Assembly: GCA_004402915.1 (NCBI GenBank)
Contig: SORU01000006.1
Location: 9,705 to 73,704 of the forward strand
Reading direction: 5' to 3'
Source: Fidelibacterota bacterium MT.SAG.2
GTDB taxonomy: Bacteria; Fidelibacterota; SORT01
DNA length: 64,000 nucleotides
Position 1 is the stretch's first letter. The number at the start of each line of letters is the position of its first letter. A program made the position numbers and the translations under genes. Shown here piece after piece: positions 18,749-28,951 of the stretch. Under the pieces are notes generated by a model. That model searched no databases and was not told the origin of the DNA. It was given only the letters and a program-made list of their open reading frames with translations.

Positions 18749-19735
18749 TTGGAATTTAACGATTTAATAAAAATAATAGACGGTTTCCGTGATTCGAGGA
18801 TTATTCATTCAGCGGTCGAACTTGGAATATTCGAGTCATTAACCGAGGAGCCACTCGACTCAAACATGATTGCAAAAAGTTGCAATTGCGATGAATCCAA
18901 TACTGAACTGCTTTTAAATGCTCTTGTCAGCATGAATCTTCTGAATAAATCAGAATCGCTATTTTCCAATTCAAAAACTGCAACCGAATATCTTGTCCGT
19001 TCTTCCAATCAATATATGGGCGATATCATCAGATTTACCGGAAGATCATGGGATTCTTGGGGAAAGTTGACAGACAGTGTTAAAAGTGGAATGCCCCAAG
19101 AACCTCTATACACTGAAAAGCAATATGAAGAAGAATGGGAATCTTTTATCAGAGGGATGCATAACTTTGCTCTTTCAAGGAGTGACGCGAAGATCACTGC
19201 AGATGTGGTCGATCTATCGGGCAAGTCGATTCTACTTGATGTGGCGTGCGGTCCGGGAACATATTCCTATGAACTTTGTCTGAGATATCCGAATTTAAAG
19301 GCTCTGCTATTCGATCTGCCTGAAACAATAAAAGTGGCAAAGAAGATAAGTTCAGAGTATAAATTAGAGGGTAGATTGGAATTTGTTGAAGGGGATTATA
19401 AGAATGACGATTTCCCCGCTAATGTAGATTGCGCTTTACTATTTAACATAATTCATCAGGAGGATGGCAAGGAAAACCAATCTCTTATAAATAAAATATT
19501 TCAAAGATTATCGGAAAACGGAATATTGGTTATAAAGGATCATATTCTTAATGAAAATAAAACATTGCCTGAAGACGGCTCGCTCTTTTCTGTGCAAATG
19601 ATGCTGACAACAGGGGGCAGATGTTATAACGAAATTGAAGTATACGATTGGATGTCAAGCGCTGGATTCAGCGAGATAAAAACCGTAGGTCCAATATCGC
19701 CAATGACATCCGCATTTATTATCGGTACAAAATAA
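18749..19735 (+). CDS. SAM-dependent O-methyltransferase (family 2, with N-terminal winged-helix dimerisation domain)
   Basis: LLDVACGPGTYS SAM motif I, LFDLPE, and an architecture typical of small-molecule O-methyltransferases. TTG start. Confidence 0.65.
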   Translation: MEFNDLIKIIDGFRDSRIIHSAVELGIFESLTEEPLDSNMIAKSCNCDESNTELLLNALVSMNLLNKSESLFSNSKTATEYLVRSSNQYMGDIIRFTGRSWDSWGKLTDSVKSGMPQEPLYTEKQYEEEWESFIRGMHNFALSRSDAKITADVVDLSGKSILLDVACGPGTYSYELCLRYPNLKALLFDLPETIKVAKKISSEYKLEGRLEFVEGDYKNDDFPANVDCALLFNIIHQEDGKENQSLINKIFQRLSENGILVIKDHILNENKTLPEDGSLFSVQMMLTTGGRCYNEIEVYDWMSSAGFSEIKTVGPISPMTSAFIIGTK

Positions 19736-19753
19736 ACATAATAGGTTAATTTA

Positions 19754-20728
19754 ATGGAATATACAAAATTGGGAAGAAGCGGTTTAACGGTTTCAAGGTT
19801 GTGTCTTGGTACGATGAATTTTGGACCTTATGCAGACGAAAAAGAATCTCACGAAATTATGGATAAAGCATTGGAATTGGGAATCAACTTCTTTGATACC
19901 GCTGATGTTTACGGTTGGGAGATGGGAGAGGGTCTTACCGAAAAAATTATAGGCAGTTGGCTTTCAAAAGACAATGGACGCAGAGAGAGCATAGTATTAG
20001 CAACTAAAGTCTATGGTCAAATGGGGAATGCGCCGAACGAAAGAGGTTTATCCAAGTATCATATTATAAGTGCATGTGAGGAAAGTCTCACGCGATTGCA
20101 AACCGACAGGATCGATCTTTATCAGATGCACCATGTTGAAAGAACAACGCCGTATGAGGAAATATGGGAAGCAATGGAGCAGTTGGTACGTGAAGGTAAG
20201 GTACTGTATGTAGGAAGCAGTAATTTTGCAGGGTGGGATATAGCGAAAGCTCAAGGTGATGCTAATAAAAGAAATTTTATGGGATTGATCTCAGAACAAC
20301 ATAAGTATTCGTTATCATGCAGGTTGCCTGAATTGGAAGTGTTGCCTTCAAGTTTTGATCATGGTATCGGCGTTATTCCGTGGAGTCCTCTTGATGGCGG
20401 AATACTTGGCGGAAAAGCTCTCGATCCGGAAAAGAAGAGTCGCTCAATTGATAAAATGCAAAAGACGAAAATTGAAAAATATAGAAGTAATATTGAACAA
20501 TACTACGCGTTCTGTGAAGAGCTCGGAGAATCACCGGCAGATGTGGCTATCGCCTGGCTGCTTCAGAATGAAGCAGTATCAGCGCCGATCATCGGACCGC
20601 GAAATGAGGAGCAACTTGTGGGAATAACCAAATCTGTTGAGATCAAATTAAGTGTTGAAACACTCAAGAAACTCGATGAGATATGGCCGGGTCCGGGTGG
20701 CAGCGCCCCTGAGGCTTATTCCTGGTAA
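19754..20728 (+). CDS. aldo/keto reductase
   Basis: LGTMNFG ... GINFFDTADVYG ... LYQMH ... VGSSNF are AKR family signatures. Confidence 0.85.
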   Translation: MEYTKLGRSGLTVSRLCLGTMNFGPYADEKESHEIMDKALELGINFFDTADVYGWEMGEGLTEKIIGSWLSKDNGRRESIVLATKVYGQMGNAPNERGLSKYHIISACEESLTRLQTDRIDLYQMHHVERTTPYEEIWEAMEQLVREGKVLYVGSSNFAGWDIAKAQGDANKRNFMGLISEQHKYSLSCRLPELEVLPSSFDHGIGVIPWSPLDGGILGGKALDPEKKSRSIDKMQKTKIEKYRSNIEQYYAFCEELGESPADVAIAWLLQNEAVSAPIIGPRNEEQLVGITKSVEIKLSVETLKKLDEIWPGPGGSAPEAYSW

Positions 20729-20765
20729 CGCTAAATAACAGTAAAAACTAAGTGAAAGAATAATT

Positions 20766-21095
20766 ATGGAACCTACAAACGTTGAGATACTGCCTAACGA
20801 TCTTGCCATAAATTGGTCAGATGGTCATGAAACTTATATTGATTTTGTTACTCTAAGGAATGCATGTCCTTGTGCTGCGTGTAGAGGGGAAGGGCATCTT
20901 TGGGGCAAGACAGCTCCAACGATCGATGCGAGTAAATTGGGAGCAGACGCATTCGAGTTAATGTCAGTCAGTGGGGTGGGAAGCTATGCGATCTCATTCG
21001 TATGGGGTGATAAACATGACTCGGGCATCTTTTCGTATACTCTGTTAAAATCATTATGTCAGTGTGATAGCTGTGTTGCGGAAAGAGCTGAATAA
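20766..21095 (+). CDS. DUF971 (gamma-butyrobetaine hydroxylase N-terminal-like) protein
   Basis: LAINWSDGHETYIDFVTLRNACPCAACRGE matches the DUF971 pattern. Confidence 0.7.
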   Translation: MEPTNVEILPNDLAINWSDGHETYIDFVTLRNACPCAACRGEGHLWGKTAPTIDASKLGADAFELMSVSGVGSYAISFVWGDKHDSGIFSYTLLKSLCQCDSCVAERAE

Positions 21096-21534
21096 ACCAT
21101 CTAAGAAGATTCTTTTCTTTATCGGCGCTATGCTGTTCTGTAGCTGCGTGCCGTCGACTATTCCTGTATCGTACGATGATCTGGCGAAGTATAAGGGTGA
21201 ATCCGAGGGTATTACCATATATGTTGAATTGAGGGCGAAAGGGAATCTTATTCTTCCCGGTGATAGGTATATCGTTTACGTCTATAATCAAACGGAAAAC
21301 AGTATCGTTTTTGATTATGACAATGACGAATACCGCTATTATACTATTAACCAAGTTTTTAAAGCGCATCTATTCAAAGTCGGCGGTGTATACCCAAGAT
21401 GGGTGGCACCCGGTCAAGTTGCGAGTATAGGCATTCTTACCGATCGAAAAGGACTGACCATAAGTGGATTTGAAGTTTATTTAAGTAAATCTGATCTGAA
21501 GATATTTGCAGGATCAATAGAAAAAAATAACTAA
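21064..21534 (+). CDS. hypothetical lipoprotein
   Basis: 156-aa ORF with lipobox LFCSC. I recognise no family. Its stop overlaps the plsY stop on the other strand. Confidence 0.45.
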   Translation: MIAVLRKELNKPSKKILFFIGAMLFCSCVPSTIPVSYDDLAKYKGESEGITIYVELRAKGNLILPGDRYIVYVYNQTENSIVFDYDNDEYRYYTINQVFKAHLFKVGGVYPRWVAPGQVASIGILTDRKGLTISGFEVYLSKSDLKIFAGSIEKNN

Positions 21535-22166
21535 TCTTTTTTTTCGGCGCCGAATCTGTTTTCTTCTCCTTTGAGCAACCTTCCGATGTTACTTCTGTGA
21601 TTAAAGATAATAAAGAGGGCGACTGACACTGCAAAATAAAATTGAATAGGCGGAGTCGGCTGCTCAGTATAGATCTCAATCAAATATAACGATATGGGAA
21701 GAGTTATGGCTGCAAGTATTGATGCTAATGAGACATATTTTGTGCTGAAAGCTACAAGTAAAAAGACTGAAAAACAAAATAACAGCGCTAATGGATAGAT
21801 AGCAATTAGCATCCCTGCTGCGGTACCTACACCTTTACCACCTTTAAATTTAGCAAAGACGGTATAAACATGTCCCATTATCGCAGAGATTCCGGCGATA
21901 ATTTGCACAAATATCGGTAAGATAATTCCATTCTCGTAACCGAATTCGGCAATGTAATATGCTGCTACCCAGCCTTTTGCCACGTCGATGAGCATAACGC
22001 TTATACCGGCTTTCCAGCCGAGAGTTCTCAATACATTTGTTCCTCCGGCATTACCGCTGCCGTAATCCCTTATATCAATTCCTTTGAGATATTTACTCAC
22101 AAGAATAGAAGTGGGAAATGAACCAATCAGATAACTAAGAACTACAACGGCAAAGAGAGAGATCAT
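21531..22166 (-). CDS. plsY: acyl-phosphate:glycerol-3-phosphate acyltransferase
   Basis: LIGSFPTSILVSK ... DIRDYGSGNAGGTNVLRTLG ... FKGGKGV are PlsY signatures. Confidence 0.9.
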   Translation of the reverse strand: MISLFAVVVLSYLIGSFPTSILVSKYLKGIDIRDYGSGNAGGTNVLRTLGWKAGISVMLIDVAKGWVAAYYIAEFGYENGIILPIFVQIIAGISAIMGHVYTVFAKFKGGKGVGTAAGMLIAIYPLALLFCFSVFLLVAFSTKYVSLASILAAITLPISLYLIEIYTEQPTPPIQFYFAVSVALFIIFNHRSNIGRLLKGEENRFGAEKKD

Positions 22167-23962
22167 TTTTTAGGAAACCCTATGAAGGCTGCACCAAGCG
22201 CCCCCATTCCCGTATGTGCGCCTAAGGCGGCAGAGGCTTCAATTATGTATATGTCTTCTGTATTATAGTGCGATTTTATTTTCTCTTCGAGTTTTTTCGC
22301 AAGTTTTGATGAACGCGTGTGCACGATCGCAAATCGTAAATTTTCGTAATCTTCCGAATGTTTTGTGATAATGCTAAAAACCTTAGAGAGAATGCCTTTC
22401 TTTCCAAAAGAAACTGATATTGGTTTACCCTTTCCTTCATCATCAAACGTAATTATCGGTCGTAGATTCAACAATCGTGTGATAACTCCCTTTGAAATCG
22501 GGACGCGACCGCTTCTGATAAGATTCATAGTATCGCTTATGCCTACTGCTATATCTGTATTCGGCACCATTTTACGTGTTAATCGAATAATTTCGTCATA
22601 TGATTTACCATCTCTCAAAAGCTCGGTAGCGTATCTTACGAGCAATCCCAACGCAATACTTGTTGTTGTACTGTCGATAGTGGTTACTACGGTATCTTGA
22701 ATATTTCTCGATACTGCTTGAGCGGATTGAAGAGTGCCGCTTGCCGCGCCTGAAATATGAATTGAAACAATTTGTTTCGAGATTTTGGAGACATTTTCAT
22801 ATATTTTTTTAAAATCAGCAGGAGTCGGCTGACTCGTGGTAGGTGGAGTATCAGCCATTTCAAACATATTATAAAATTCACCGGTGGACATGGTTATTTT
22901 ATCAAGGTAAGAATCTGTCCCAAAATTAATTCTCAGCGGTACAACATGAACATTGAGCTCTTTCAATTCAGCATCCGGTAGATCACATGATGAATCTGTA
23001 ACAATTGCAATATCATTATTTTCCATGTTTTCAAATTGCGCTAAGTGCTGAGCTTTCATATCATCAACCTTTTTGTTAGATACAGTGCCGTGTTTAGACA
23101 GATGCTCAAATACTTTGTCGGGTTCATTAGAATGAATATGAATTTTGATCTTTTCTTTAGAGCCTGCCACTATGAGCGAATCTCCAATCATTAAAAGATC
23201 TTCTTTTATATCGTACTTACTAATGGACGTACCAATAACAAGGCATTCTGTACAATACTGATATTTAATATTCTCAGGCGCCATATCGATTTTAGGATGA
23301 CTAACTTCGATATCCGCGAATTCCGTAGGGGGCGGCTCTATAGTTCCAGAACTGAGATATTTATATATTCCTTCTATAAAATAAACAAATCCCTGAGCTC
23401 CGGCATCAACCACACCGGAATCGGCGAGTAATTTCATCTTGTTGGGCGTATCGGCTAAAGCAATTTTAGCTGCTTCCAAGGAGTTTGCAATAAGTTCTTG
23501 AAAATCGTTTGTTTTTTCAGAACTAATTTCTATTTCGTTCGCCCATGCGCTCATAACATCAAGAATTGTGCCTTCTACAGGTTTTGAAAGCGCTTGGTAA
23601 GATGATTCTAACGCACTATTAACAGCTTTGCTGAAGCTTTTTACCTTGATCTTGCTTTTACCGTTAAGATTTTCTGCGAATCCATAGAAAAATTGTGCGA
23701 GAAGAACACCGGAATTCCCTTGAGCGCCCATTAAGGCGGAATCGGCTACAATATTTCCAACATCTTGAATCGAGCCCGGAGAGCTATTTGCCAGCGCTCT
23801 AATTATGCTTTGAAGGGTAAGAGCCATATTTGTACCCGTATCGTTATCCGCAACAGGAAATACGTTAATTTTATTTAAGTATTCGGTTTTATTGATAACG
23901 GAATCAGATCCTGCAAGAATAGCCCTTAATAATCTGGGTCCATTTAAATAATATATCTTCAT
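22163..23962 (-). CDS. Dak2 (FakA-like kinase module) fused to a DegV/FakB-type fatty-acid-binding domain
   Basis: N-terminus NVFPVADNDTGTNMALT (Dak2/DhaL-type). Middle YCTECLV ... KIKIHIHSNEP (FakA/YloV-like). C-terminal ~280 aa IAIVTDSSCDLP ... VHVVPL ... PTTSQPTPADF ... SIHISGAASGTLQSA (canonical DegV). Its stop overlaps the plsY start (ATGA). Confidence 0.8.
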   Translation of the reverse strand: MKIYYLNGPRLLRAILAGSDSVINKTEYLNKINVFPVADNDTGTNMALTLQSIIRALANSSPGSIQDVGNIVADSALMGAQGNSGVLLAQFFYGFAENLNGKSKIKVKSFSKAVNSALESSYQALSKPVEGTILDVMSAWANEIEISSEKTNDFQELIANSLEAAKIALADTPNKMKLLADSGVVDAGAQGFVYFIEGIYKYLSSGTIEPPPTEFADIEVSHPKIDMAPENIKYQYCTECLVIGTSISKYDIKEDLLMIGDSLIVAGSKEKIKIHIHSNEPDKVFEHLSKHGTVSNKKVDDMKAQHLAQFENMENNDIAIVTDSSCDLPDAELKELNVHVVPLRINFGTDSYLDKITMSTGEFYNMFEMADTPPTTSQPTPADFKKIYENVSKISKQIVSIHISGAASGTLQSAQAVSRNIQDTVVTTIDSTTTSIALGLLVRYATELLRDGKSYDEIIRLTRKMVPNTDIAVGISDTMNLIRSGRVPISKGVITRLLNLRPIITFDDEGKGKPISVSFGKKGILSKVFSIITKHSEDYENLRFAIVHTRSSKLAKKLEEKIKSHYNTEDIYIIEASAALGAHTGMGALGAAFIGFPKK

Positions 23963-24147
23963 CGAGTAAATAAATATAATTTAGTGTAAAAGTAAAGTCA
24001 AGAAGGATAAAGAAGCTGTTTATGTTAAAATAGGGAATTAAGTTGTTGAAAATATGAAACCCGAAGAAAGGGTTTTCGATTGCGGGTTAAACTTACACTT
24101 GGTATAATTGGCAGAGCAAATGTGCTGAATTATACCTTTATATTAAG

Positions 24148-24552
24148 ATGAGGACAATACAGAAAATGAATCGTTTAATTTTACTGATCTTCCCACTTTT
24201 AATCTTCTCCTGCTCCTCTTCATCCACGGAGGAATTGAATTCAATCACGGTAGAAGAAGTCAAAAAAATAATTGATGCAGACAGCGAAGAGTATTTATTA
24301 TTAGACGTAAGAACTCTTGAAGAATATTACGGAGATCTCGGACATCTACCTGACGCTAAACTGATACCGTACAATGAGATCGCAAACAGGATTGATGAGC
24401 TTTCAGAACAAAAGGATAAAAAGATCATCGCATATTGCCGGTCGGGCAGAAGAAGCGCCATAGCGACAAAAATTCTAAAGGAAAACGGTTTTGAAGTTTA
24501 TAATATGATTGGCGGTATGAAAAAATTGAAAGAAGTTTATCCAAATTACTAA
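24148..24552 (+). CDS. rhodanese-domain lipoprotein
   Basis: LLDVRTLEEY ... active-site loop YCRSGRRS ... and lipobox IFSC. Confidence 0.8.
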   Translation: MRTIQKMNRLILLIFPLLIFSCSSSSTEELNSITVEEVKKIIDADSEEYLLLDVRTLEEYYGDLGHLPDAKLIPYNEIANRIDELSEQKDKKIIAYCRSGRRSAIATKILKENGFEVYNMIGGMKKLKEVYPNY

Positions 24553-24569
24553 AAGTAAAGGAACTAAAA

Positions 24570-25070
24570 ATGAATTTATCTATGTTATCCAATTATCTCC
24601 ACGTTCTTGCGATGTCCGTATGGGTGGGAGGAATGTTTTATATTATGCTGGTTGAGGTTCCTGTGCTTCGAAGCAATTTGGGTGCGTTAGATTTCTCGAA
24701 AAACATGACTCTGCTCGGAAAACGATTTCAAAAGGTGGGATGGATCTTGTTATTGCTATTGCTTATAACCGGGTTGTCTAACATCATGTTGGAGGATTCA
24801 ATCGCTGATATGATGAAAAATGAGAATTACTCATATAGTATAATGGTCAAAATGATATTGTTTATGCTTATGGTAATAAACACTGCTATCCATACATTTT
24901 ATTTGGGACCTAAAATGTCCAGTTTTGCTGAAAAAACTTCTGCGGAAGGTAATGACGATATGAACGTTGAGTATGCCAAATTAAAAAAACGTTCTATGAT
25001 CTCTTCCGGCTTCAGTCTATTGTTATCGCTCGTCATTATTTACTACGGATTAATAGCATCGAGCGTATAA
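24570..25070 (+). CDS. CopD-like small membrane protein
   Basis: Four hydrophobic segments. The N-terminal YLHVLAMSVWVGGMFY resembles the CopD/DUF-type family. Confidence 0.45.
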   Translation: MNLSMLSNYLHVLAMSVWVGGMFYIMLVEVPVLRSNLGALDFSKNMTLLGKRFQKVGWILLLLLLITGLSNIMLEDSIADMMKNENYSYSIMVKMILFMLMVINTAIHTFYLGPKMSSFAEKTSAEGNDDMNVEYAKLKKRSMISSGFSLLLSLVIIYYGLIASSV

Positions 25071-25110
25071 GGATCTGCCTTAAAGGGAATGTTTATCCGA
25101 GTTAGATAAA

Positions 25111-27237
25111 ATGAAAAAATTTGTCATCGTCATTTCAGTTTTATTGTTCTATTCATGCGCATATTTTAATACATATTATAACGCAAAAAAATATTACAAA
25201 GAGGGAAGAAAGGCTTCCGACAAGAATACTACAAAAAGAATTTCTAAGACCGAGCTGAAAAACTATCAATTGACAGTCGAAAAATGTAAATCTGTCATTC
25301 GTAAGTTCCCCGATAGCCGATATGTGGATGATTCTCTTCTCCTTATGGCAAAATCATACTACTACATGGGAGACTATGAAAATTCTAAGCTCAGCCTGGA
25401 AGAATTATTAAGACGGTATCCGGAAAGCAGCTTAAAATTTGAAGCTCTTTTATGGAAGGGAAGAGCAGCATGGAATTTGGGGCAATATTCAATCGCTGAG
25501 GAGGGGATAGAGAAAGTATTGAATGAAACGAAGGATAAAAAGCTTCTTTCGTCCGGTTATGAAATGCTTGCAGAAATATATCGGGATAAGAATGAACCCG
25601 AAAAGGAGCTCGAATATTTAGATAAGATTTTGAAGAACAGTAAAAATGATCAACAAAAAGCGGAAACGATCTACCGAATCGGCTTTATACAAAAAGAATC
25701 AGGATTGTTCGAAGAATCTATTAAATCATTCCGGAAAGTAGAAACATATTTGCCGTCTCCCGAACTGCTTGAAGCTGCGAAATTAGAATATACACGAGCC
25801 CTCAAATATACCGGGAGAACCGATGAGGCGCTTGACGTCTTACAAGCGATGTTTGATTCGCCAAGGTATAAAAAAATTCGGGGCATAATTGAAATCGAAA
25901 TAGCAGATATATCTTACCGTGAAGGGGATATTGGCGGTGCAATTGAAAGATACGGTTCTATAGGGATAAAATATCCAAAGAACATAGCTTCAGGGATCGC
26001 ATGGAATAAATTAGGCGATATTCATATGTATCAGGACAACATTACCGGAGCTGTTATTAATTATCATTATGCATTGGAATACTATAAAAGAGCAGTCAAA
26101 ATGCCCACGAAGGGAGAGTATAAAAAACCTGCAAGAAGAAATAAACTCATTCTTGAAGGATTTTTGGATTCATTTAACAGGATAGAAGAAAATCAAATCA
26201 AAATACTGCTGTATTCAGGTGAAAAAGAAAAATCTGTCCGAAGGGAGCACGAACACAATTTATTTCTAAGCGAGGTCTTGGACGGAATCTTACCGGCAAA
26301 AGTTGTAAAGAAAAAAGTTGTTACTCCGAGTATTCAAACACCGGATATAGATCAGGAAGATTTCCCGGATACATCTCCGGGCGAAGAGGATCCATCGGAT
26401 AATGCAGCTGGCTCAAGTCCATCGGAATCAACTAATCCAGCGCCTGTAGACTCAATTCCGGAAATATTCGGCAGCTTTCCTGATAATTTTTCTAATCAAA
26501 ACTTAATAAATAATTCAAGTCCGGATGAACCCCGCAGGAAAAGCGAAGAACAAGTCGTAAAAAAGCCGAAAAAATATGTAAAATCACCAAGAGAGTTATT
26601 TCAAGAAATAATTCAACATAAATATTTAATAGCCGAATATTACTTTCTTGATCTCGGGCAACCTGATTCTGCCGAGGTTATTTTTGAGAACTTTCTTTCT
26701 GAATATAAAGAATCTGAGTTCGCTCCGAAGGCTGCCCTTTCTCTTGGATTAATTTATGAGACGATTTATCATGACAGTTCTGAAGCTGATTCTTTTTATA
26801 ACATTGTAGTGAATAACTATCCCAATAGTCCTTCGTTGGTTGAAGCTAATCGAAGACTGAACAAATCAAAAGGTTCCAATACGCTGATTGAAAATCCGGC
26901 AGACGAGCTATACGAAAAGGCTTACTATGAAGGGTTTATTAATAAGAACAGAAAAGCAGCATATTTGCTCACGTTCAAAATCCAAACTGAATACCCATCT
27001 TCAGATATTGCGGCGAGAGCTGCCTTTCTAAGGGCTTCAATTGTAGATCAAGCAAATCAGTCACCCGATTCCTCAATAAGCGAATACAACAGAGTCATAC
27101 AATTATACCCAAATACAATTTATGCAAAAAAAGCTAAGGAGAAGGTAAAGGCGATTACCTTGCTTACAACATCAAAGGAAAATACTGAAATTAAAAAAGG
27201 AAAAGGTAAAAAGGGTAATAAGATATTAAAAAAATAA
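25111..27237 (+). CDS. TPR-repeat lipoprotein with an acidic/Pro-Ser-rich linker
   Basis: Lipobox LFYSC, repeated TPR-like helices (YYYMGDYENSK, LWKGRAAWNLGQY, and others), and a disordered central segment rich in D/E/P/S. Confidence 0.7.
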   Translation: MKKFVIVISVLLFYSCAYFNTYYNAKKYYKEGRKASDKNTTKRISKTELKNYQLTVEKCKSVIRKFPDSRYVDDSLLLMAKSYYYMGDYENSKLSLEELLRRYPESSLKFEALLWKGRAAWNLGQYSIAEEGIEKVLNETKDKKLLSSGYEMLAEIYRDKNEPEKELEYLDKILKNSKNDQQKAETIYRIGFIQKESGLFEESIKSFRKVETYLPSPELLEAAKLEYTRALKYTGRTDEALDVLQAMFDSPRYKKIRGIIEIEIADISYREGDIGGAIERYGSIGIKYPKNIASGIAWNKLGDIHMYQDNITGAVINYHYALEYYKRAVKMPTKGEYKKPARRNKLILEGFLDSFNRIEENQIKILLYSGEKEKSVRREHEHNLFLSEVLDGILPAKVVKKKVVTPSIQTPDIDQEDFPDTSPGEEDPSDNAAGSSPSESTNPAPVDSIPEIFGSFPDNFSNQNLINNSSPDEPRRKSEEQVVKKPKKYVKSPRELFQEIIQHKYLIAEYYFLDLGQPDSAEVIFENFLSEYKESEFAPKAALSLGLIYETIYHDSSEADSFYNIVVNNYPNSPSLVEANRRLNKSKGSNTLIENPADELYEKAYYEGFINKNRKAAYLLTFKIQTEYPSSDIAARAAFLRASIVDQANQSPDSSISEYNRVIQLYPNTIYAKKAKEKVKAITLLTTSKENTEIKKGKGKKGNKILKK

Positions 27238-27251
27238 CCGGTAAATATGAA

Positions 27252-28013
27252 TTGAGAGTTCTTTCAAATGAAAAAAATGCGCTCAATATTTACTCTCTCA
27301 CCTTTGAATCAACATCAGAATTATTAGAATCTTTACCCGGTCAATTTGTAAATATAAACGTTCGTGGAGAAGATTCTCCCTTCTTTAGAAGACCTTTCAG
27401 TATAGCGAGTGCCACAGATGATTGTATAGAGATTATTTTTGAGGTAGTTGGCGCCGGTACTTGGCAACTGTCTACGCTGCATGTAGGAGATAGTGTTGAT
27501 GTTATCGGACCACTTGGTTTAGGATACGATCTGGATTTTACCGAATCAAAATCTTTATTGATAGGAGGCGGAGTAGGATTACCGCCCCTTATGTTTCTTT
27601 ATTACAAGATGAAAAATAAAGGGATCGAACCACAGTTTCTCGCCGGATTTAAAAGCGTTTCCTACAATTTTATGCCGCGAAACATTACCAACGTCCACTT
27701 TTCTTCGGATGATGGGAGCTTGGGTTCAAAAGGGTATGTAACAGATCTGCTCATAGAAACTCTCTTTCACGAAAAGGTAGATCATATTTATGCTTGCGGA
27801 CCTGAACCGATGCTTTCAAAGGTTATTGAGATAGCGGAGGAAAACGAGATACGATGTTCAGTATCAATAGAAAAAGTATTTGGTTGCGGGACTGGTATTT
27901 GTTTTGGATGTATAATAGAGAATTCATTGAAACGGTTGACTGAAACCGGTAGAAAATATTCATTAGCTTGTGTGGAAGGCACTGTATTCGATGCAGGAGA
28001 TATTAATCTGTGA
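27252..28013 (+). CDS. pyrK: dihydroorotate dehydrogenase B electron-transfer subunit
   Basis: FAD/NAD-binding fold (RRPFSIAS, LIGGGVGLPPL) and C-terminal 2Fe-2S motif CGTGICFGC. It overlaps the pyrD start. TTG start. Confidence 0.85.
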   Translation: MRVLSNEKNALNIYSLTFESTSELLESLPGQFVNINVRGEDSPFFRRPFSIASATDDCIEIIFEVVGAGTWQLSTLHVGDSVDVIGPLGLGYDLDFTESKSLLIGGGVGLPPLMFLYYKMKNKGIEPQFLAGFKSVSYNFMPRNITNVHFSSDDGSLGSKGYVTDLLIETLFHEKVDHIYACGPEPMLSKVIEIAEENEIRCSVSIEKVFGCGTGICFGCIIENSLKRLTETGRKYSLACVEGTVFDAGDINL

Positions 28014-28951
28014 ATGAGATAAGCAAAGAGAGATGGGATGTAGATTTCTCAATCAGACTTGGCTCTCTAATATTGAAAAATCCTCTGCTTGCGGCATCAG
28101 GTACATATGGCTACGGTAGAGAATTGAATAATATCTTAAAAACGGATGATTTTGGAGGAATATGCACAAAATCAATAACGCCTCTTGCAAGAGATGGAAA
28201 TGAACCCCCTCGTATCGCTGAGTTGAAAATGGGAATGCTTAATTCAATAGGACTGGCGAATGTCGGTGTTCAGGCATTCATACAGGATAAAATTCCCTTC
28301 CTGCAAAGTTTAGAAACAAATATAATTGTAAATGTCGCCGGTTTTTCAATTGGAGATTATATCGGAGTAATTCAATTATTAGAAGATATAGAAGGAATAG
28401 ACGGATACGAGATAAACATATCTTGCCCCAATGTTGAAGGTGGTTTAGAGTTCGGCAGTTCTTCAAAGTCAGCCGCCAAACTTACTAAAGCGCTGCGAGC
28501 CGAGACCGACCGGTTCTTAATGGTAAAACTGTCACCAAACATAACAGATATCTCTGAAATTGCAATAGCTGTTGAGGGTGAGGGAGCTGATTCCCTTTCG
28601 TTAATAAACACTCTAATAGGAATGGGTATAGAAATTGACAGTGAAAAACCGATTCTTAAAAACGTATATGGCGGGTATAGCGGACCTGCGATAAAACCGG
28701 TAGCATTGGCAATGGTTCATAAGGTTTTTCATTCCGTAAAAATACCTATCGTCGGAATTGGCGGAATTAGCAGCGCTGAAGATGTAGTTCAATTTATGCT
28801 TGCGGGAGCAACCGCCGTGCAATTAGGCACGGTGAACTTTCTGAACCCGACCGCTCTTACAGAAATATTAGAGGATTTGGTCGCAATAGCGGAATCTAAG
28901 GGAATCAGAAATATATCTGATTTTAAAGGCAGATTAAAAGAGTGGGACTGA
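28010..28951 (+). CDS. pyrD: dihydroorotate dehydrogenase (class 1B) catalytic subunit
   Basis: LKNPLLAASGTYGYG ... NISCPNV ... GGYSGPAIKP ... GIGGI. Confidence 0.9.
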   Translation: MNEISKERWDVDFSIRLGSLILKNPLLAASGTYGYGRELNNILKTDDFGGICTKSITPLARDGNEPPRIAELKMGMLNSIGLANVGVQAFIQDKIPFLQSLETNIIVNVAGFSIGDYIGVIQLLEDIEGIDGYEINISCPNVEGGLEFGSSSKSAAKLTKALRAETDRFLMVKLSPNITDISEIAIAVEGEGADSLSLINTLIGMGIEIDSEKPILKNVYGGYSGPAIKPVALAMVHKVFHSVKIPIVGIGGISSAEDVVQFMLAGATAVQLGTVNFLNPTALTEILEDLVAIAESKGIRNISDFKGRLKEWD

